From the NCBI RefSeq assembly GCF_009914755.1, contig NC_060928.1: a stretch of 64,000 bases of DNA; one strand, written 5' to 3'. Numbering within the stretch: position 1 is the stretch's first letter; every line of letters starts with the position of its first letter. The position numbers and the translations under genes were made by a program. The DNA comes from the human T2T-CHM13v2.0 reference genome, Homo sapiens. This document shows positions 56,391-64,000 of the stretch, in pieces. The notes beneath the pieces are model-generated. The model searched no databases. It was not told the origin of the DNA and worked only from the letters and a program-made list of their open reading frames with translations.

Positions 56391-56725
56391 TCATATCATA
56401 CTGGCTTTTACCAAATAATAAATAATTTTCAAGCAAAATGTAAACTATTGTTTTCTTTAATAACCCCCTTCAATGTATTTACCACCCCTTCACAAGCCAC
56501 CTCTTCCTCTGTGTTTATTGTATATTCTTCAATTGGTTAATCTTTCCAACTGTATGAAACTAGCTGTTTATAAATTGTCTCCCAAAGGATATCATCAATT
56601 CTTTGAGTCAGCTAGCCAAAGTACAAAGTACAAGATTAATTTAAGTCAACTATCCAAAGTACATAAATAAATTAAGCATGGCCTGTTGAAGATCATACAT
56701 GAATATCTAATAAAGAAATGCATGG

Positions 56726-57148
<423 letters not shown>

Positions 57149-57727
57149 TCAATTCTTTCTAGTTTTGTTATCTTTGAAAACCAGCTTTTAAAATATTTTC
57201 ATGTTTGCTTCTGCAAACTCTACAATTGAAGTTAACAGCTTCCTTAAGTTTGCTACCCTTTCTGTCAAGATTCTGCAAGCCTCTCTTGTATGCTAAATTC
57301 TTGATATGAAGCTAGGTTGAATTTTGTCATTTGCTGATCAATTTTTATCTGCTTTCTCCGTAACCAGTATCACTTTAGATATGCAACCACATGTTCTCTC
57401 AGCTGTTCCTCTTCTTGTCTCCAACTATCTCATTTATTCTGATCTTAAGTCTGTTTCATACCAGTTTAATATTTCCCATCTTATCTCGCTACTCATTTCC
57501 TCATCTTCTTCATAACTCTACCCTCATTGCCTAGAAAAGTCCCTCAAAACCGTTCCAAAAGTCAGACAGGAATGGTATGGACTCTGTCTGGTTGTAAAGT
57601 TAAGTGAATTTTAAAAACCTAAGGCTTAAGATATTGCTTCATATTCATTTCAGACACAAGAATAAAAAAACAAGTGACTAAATTGCTGTTGACTGAGTAT
57701 TATTTTGAGTACTAATAATTGTTTTAA

Positions 57728-58030
<303 letters not shown>

Positions 58031-58605
58031 CTCTCTTTTTTCTTCTTTAATAAAATAAGATGTTATAAATACTTGTACCTGATATTCTAACAAATAAAGG
58101 AATATAACGGTAAATGTTCCTTTTAAGAAAGGCACGACCTCTAGTAAAACATTTTTGCCAGAAATTTGAAATATTTTAGAAATAAAGATGGCTATGATAT
58201 TCTACAAAATAAGTTTACAGTATATATAACTGAATGTTAACTAAATATTTAAAAGCGTGTGTCAAAATTCATTCATATTTGGGTACTTTAGAGGAAATAG
58301 AAGAATCCTCAACTTAAGGAGAGAGTAATGGGACAGGAAGGGGAGGAGAGGGGAGGCGGTGGAATTCTGGACTGAGAAATGTTGAGAGTAGGAGACTTAC
58401 CAGCGAACCGAACTCTTCCCTGTGGTTTGATTACTTCATTGTCGTAGAAATGTGCTCTAAATACTTATATAAAATTCCTGCAGCAACAACATTAATTGGG
58501 AAGAAATCAGAGACAGAAGCAATAGGGATGTACCGTGCATTCTACAGCACTGCACTGGCAACCAGAGCTGGACATTAGACTCTGGCATGAAAACCTAACC
58601 CTTGA

Positions 58606-58929
<324 letters not shown>

Positions 58930-60402
58930 GACTATTGAGTTTTTAAAGGGCATAACTAAGTGAACACTATCTCTTTCCATGGTGAAATTGAGTACAGGTC
59001 ACAATAACAATATGAAATGGAAAAATGTCTTTAATTTAGCCCTATCCTACAATTTCCCGTTTCCTGTTTGGTTGAAACAGCTTCACTATTAGGCCTACAA
59101 GCCAGTGTGTGAGGCTTCCACGTGCAGCCCAATGGCAGAGTAAAGCAGTGACAACACCTTCCCTGCCTCTGTTCATGTTTAGGGAAGTGCCACACTCCAT
59201 CTGTGGTGTGCTTGGACTTGGATCCAAAGATTGCAGTTGACTAGGACTGATTTTCTGAAGCACTGGGCTGTAGCTAGGTTTTATGAAGGTTTTCAGAAAG
59301 GTGACTCTTTTATAGGAGACAAGCCAGTAGGGAATCAGTTTTAAACAAGTTAAACTTTCCCTCTCACTACTCTTAACTCTTTCACTCTTGGAGGGACCTA
59401 CTGCCATCTCATTCATTTCATGCCACTGCAATCTACTCCATCCCTTCATTCACAATATCATTTCAAAGGTAACAATAAGTCACCTCCAGATTGCCAAATA
59501 CATGGTTATCTCTAATTCATTAATATACTTTATTGCTCTGATGTAAGAAATAGCTGACCCCTGTGGCTTTTCAAGCCAATATGAACTTCTTTTTACTTTA
59601 AATTATGAGCAAGAATATATGCCTATGGTATTTTCTGTATACCTCAAATACAATATTGAGATTTATTTTATTAATATTCTTCAAATAATTATATTAAATG
59701 TAAAACATCATTATATTTTAGAATTCATTTTATATTTATTGACTTATTTTCTTGCTTTCTCTAATTATGTTTCTATGTTCCAAATTTTTAATTTAGGCAG
59801 ATTTTCCATTATTACTACTTTAAAATAAAATTATTTTAATAGTCAATACGTAAACATTAATGTAGTTTATGACTTATCTGACCCTCCCTGTTCATAGATC
59901 TACATCATTTTTCTTTGGGGATAAAGTTTTTCTTTCAAACAGTGGATGTGAGTTTTAGTCTTTAATGTCTGAAAAGACAATTTCATCATCAACCTTGAAT
60001 GACTTTTTAAGATATTACTGGAATAGAATACTAGGTTGAAATTAATGAAGGTTGAAGTGGGTTGAAGATATTACTTTCTGATATTCTGGCATTTATTGCT
60101 ACTGATGAAAATTTTCCTTTCGGTCTTACTGTTTTTCCTTTGTAGAGAATCTCTTTTTCTAGAATCTTTTAATTTTTTCATTTCCTATTTAAGTATATTT
60201 TTATTTTTCCTGTTCTATATAGAACCTAACACCTTCATTTTATTCAATTCTGGAATTCTCAGGCATTTGGGTTTTTACTAATTGCATTGTCTTTTTTTTA
60301 AGGTCTTGTAAGATCTTTTTATCTCAGTAGGCTTATGCTTTTGTTGTACTTGTTACTATTATTTATATATATATTATACATGTTATATGTATAATATATA
60401 TA

Positions 60403-60437
<35 letters not shown>
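60403..60437. repeat. (TG)n(AG)n compound microsatellite
   Basis: Seen directly. Confidence 0.92.
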
Positions 60438-61459
60438 TTGTGGTTTTATAAGTATTTTCTGAAGAGTACCAAGTAATTGGTACTCTTTTCTATTATTTTA
60501 GAATTTTCTATTGTTTGGAGAAATTACTTCTTTAAATATGCTTATTTTTAATTAGTTTTATATGCTATTACATGCTCATTTTATTGCAAGATGTTTCATA
60601 AGTAAATTTAATTTTTTTATCCTGTTAGAAAATTTTAAATCAAGATTACTCTGGTCTTCTGTTTCCCCAAAAGATCATGTGAGGGAAGTTTGCATGGGTG
60701 TCTTCCACATTTTGGGGCAATATTGTGCTTAGTATCATACTATACAATTGTGATGGTTAGAACATATATTTTTGTATTTAGTCTCAGCATCCTGATGGAG
60801 GTTGCAAGAAGCTAGAACTGTGTTTTTCTGTTGTGGGTCCTGGTCTCTGCACGATTTTTGTATTTTTGACTTTCTGTCACCACAGCTATATACTTGCTGT
60901 CACATACGCACAAACACATATGATGTACACTATAAATCTCAGTGACCTCAATCACTAAACTGCCAAAAGAAAACTTAGATACCTGTGACCCCTCCAGCAT
61001 TCTAAACCTAAAACCCATCTCTGTAGTGGGATTTTTGCTAGACCTAAGTGTATTCAAATTGATTTCTTAGTTAACATCTGATAATTCCATGAGGCAGAGA
61101 TGGCTCTGTGAGGTGAGTTCCCTTCTGTATTGCGCATGACCACGTAATGGAGAAAACTGCCTGGACCCAGGTGTTAGGTGGTATCGTGTTTCAACTCACA
61201 AACAATCTGTCATTTTCACCAAACCCTTTCCACAGCGTTGAGTTTCTGAGTTGGAATGGATTTTGAGGTCAGCACTTCCCTCCAGTTTTGGTGTGAGGAA
61301 ATGATACAGGATCCGATTTATTTGATCTTAGTAACTTTCTTCTTAGATCCATCTTCATCCATTGCTGTAATAAAAGCTAAGTAAAGACCATATTGCAAAG
61401 GTAAAGAATGAATCCATTTTGTTATCCCAGGAAATGTGCACAGCTCCAGGAATGTTACT

Positions 61460-61630
61460 AATTTGTTTATGTGTTTATTCTCTCAAGCCTTCTCCCCAAT
61501 AACATAAGGGCAGGAATCATGTCTTTCATAATAACCACAGCATCCCCTGCTCTTAGTGCAATGCTTGGAACAGAGGAGGCACTCAATGGTGCTGCCTGAA
61601 TAAATATTTGTCTGACTGATGGATGCATAG
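61460..61630 (+). mobile_element. L2 3' end
   Basis: aagggcaggaatcatgtct...gcaatgcttggaacagaggaggcactcaat...tgaataaat. Confidence 0.65.
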
Positions 61631-62239
61631 TTAGGCTTCAGGTTGTCAGCCCTCCTCCCTCCAGTCTATTATGAATTCAAATAGATCCACGAGAAACAAA
61701 TTGGTGAGTGGGGAAACATAAATATGCCTATAAATAATCTCAAATCCAGGCCCCAGATCCAGCAAAATAAGTTAACATGTACGTTTAATTCCTCTTGGTC
61801 ATTTCAACCAGTGTCCAAAGACGATCAAGGAACTTTGAAACTTTGGGAACTTTGAAAATCTGTTCTTATACATGCCACTATCTTTTATAGAATCCTCATT
61901 TCCTCTCCTGAAGTTACTTATCTTTGTCTACCTTGGCTTCTTGGTTTACTTTTTACCATTTCAGACTTCTCAAGATAATGTGTGATTTTTTTTTCCAAGT
62001 CTGCACCCTTGATCTTCCTTTCTTCTCTTTATATATATTCTCTATGAGTAACTACCTGATAAATATATATGTATGTGTAACTAGATCTGTCCCAAGCATC
62101 TCACACATATCTCAAACCAAATTAATTGTATTTTTTCCATTTCCCATTTTAGTGAATGGCACCTTGAGCCTTACAGTTCCCTAATCCTTTCCATTCATTT
62201 ATCAATTATTCCATCCATCCTTTAGGCATGAGGGGAAAA

Positions 62240-62560
62240 GACCCATTTATTTAGCACCTACTATATTCTAAGAACTGTGTACTACATACAGGGTCAAGTG
62301 AAATATGGTTCCTGAACTTACCGAAATAGCAAATAAATAATGAGTGTGAAACTACTGTTGAATGCCATGAAACATCTGTGCATACAGGCGTATGGAACAT
62401 ATTAAATAACATTTAAATCTGATTAAACATTAAGAAAAGTTTTAAATGAGAAGAGTTCTTTTCTCTTTTAAACGAGAAGAGGTTTGATGAAAATGTAGAA
62501 ATTAGCTGCATGAAGGAAAAGGAGTGTTTTATCTAGTCAAAGGAAAAAAAAAAGTTTAGA
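62240..62560 (-). mobile_element. L2 fragment
   Basis: atttatttagcacctactatattctaagaactgtg...atatggttcctg. Confidence 0.5.
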
Positions 62561-63003
62561 TATATGTCCATGAGCCAGGATATGTTAGAGACCCCAATTT
62601 TATTCTAGAGGTTATCTGGATATCATGGTTATAACTCATTCTAAACCTTCCATTGTACCCTATGCTCACTGCCAGTTTTGTAAGATGGTCCCAGAGGTTT
62701 TTGCTTACTCATTAACATTGAGAAGCATTAAGTGAGGTTCAATTTTCAAAGCAGTTACCTAAAAAGAAATAACGGTTCTCTTTCCCCTCCAGATGGCTAA
62801 ATGTCTTTAGACTGTCTACAGCCTTGTGCTTTCGCTGGAGTGTTAAAAACACTCTGAATTGTAAAATAATTCTTTCTGAGCTATAACTTTTCAGGAGTCA
62901 AAAGAGGACAATGAATGTCTTAGAACAGATAAAAATCTCTTTACAAAAGTGAACCAGGAATTTAAAATAAGATAAGTTGTAGAACTGTTAAAATTTGCAT
63001 TTC

Positions 63004-63307
<304 letters not shown>

Positions 63308-63664
63308 AAATTGCATTTCATTTCACATTTCACTCTTGTCCACTTATTTATTCCCAAATGATTTATAATAGTAGCTGACTAATGCAGAAACAAATAATAA
63401 ATATCAGACACATTAACTGTATTATTATGAAGGATGATGGTTTAGTGTTACTCATGGTGACTGGAATTACTCTATATTATTTATCTCAAATAATTTATGT
63501 GTTCTCATCCATCCCATTAAATTCATCTCCTTTTCTTTGAAACTCACAGTTCATTGTTTTTCTCTCCTTAGAAGGTTCAGACGATTTAGAAGGTAAATTT
63601 ATTCTAATTATTCTAATTATGACAGTGAGAAATTGTTTAGGATGTATTTAAAAATAATTATTCA

Positions 63665-64000
63665 AGATATTTCTCAAAAGAAGACATGCAAATTGGCAAC
63701 AGATAGATATATGAAAATTGCTCACCATCACTAATCATCACAATATGCAAATTAAAACCACAATGAGATAGAACTTCACACCTGTTAGGATGGCTATTAT
63801 CAAAAAGATAAAAGATAAGTGCTGGGGAGGGTGTAGAGAAAAGATAATCCTTACACACTGTTGATGGGAATGTAAATTAGTATAGCCATTTTGGAAAATA
63901 GTATGGAAGTTCCTCAAGAAACTAAAAAAAAAAAAAACTATCATATGATCCAGTAGTCCCACTTTTGGGTATATATCCAAAGGAAATAAAATTTGTATGT
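63665..64000 (+). mobile_element. L1M ORF2 3' fragment, runs off the window
   Basis: ttctcaaaagaagacatgcaaat, atgcaaattaaaaccacaatgagata, gggaatgtaaattagtatagcc. Confidence 0.85.

Noticed and set aside
59042-59449. 135-aa ORF in non-repeat sequence with ETS, E-box and CCAAT-like motifs
   Set aside because: No recognisable protein similarity or exon structure; short motifs alone cannot support an enhancer call without conservation or chromatin data

Overview
Human genomic DNA (an AluYa5, a human-lineage subfamily, is present), AT-rich and dominated by transposon debris. I find no supportable protein-coding host gene, tRNA, rRNA or CRISPR array; the supplied ORFs are repeat-derived or chance ORFs. 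The main landmarks are: (1) a ~5.57 kb internally deleted HERV-H provirus (20722-26289, +) with LTR7-type LTRs, a perfect GTAAT TSD, a tRNA-His PBS and dead gag/pro/pol; its two LTRs differ by a 51-bp U3 block carrying ACAAAAGA; (2) a complete, CpG-rich solo LTR12C (50895-52442, +) followed by a splice donor, a plausible downstream exon and a MADE1 (miR-548-like) hairpin; (3) a near full-length old L1M (~6042-12742, -) with nested MLT2A and THE1 LTRs and a ~570-bp TA expansion; (4) an AluYa5 nested in an older Alu; (5) LTR9, MER4, MST/THE1, MLT1/MLT2, L1, L2, MIR and many Alus. I see no convincing new biological system. The best leads are LTR-driven non-coding transcription units. Subfamily names come from recalled consensus motifs, not a database search, and boundaries of old repeats are approximate.
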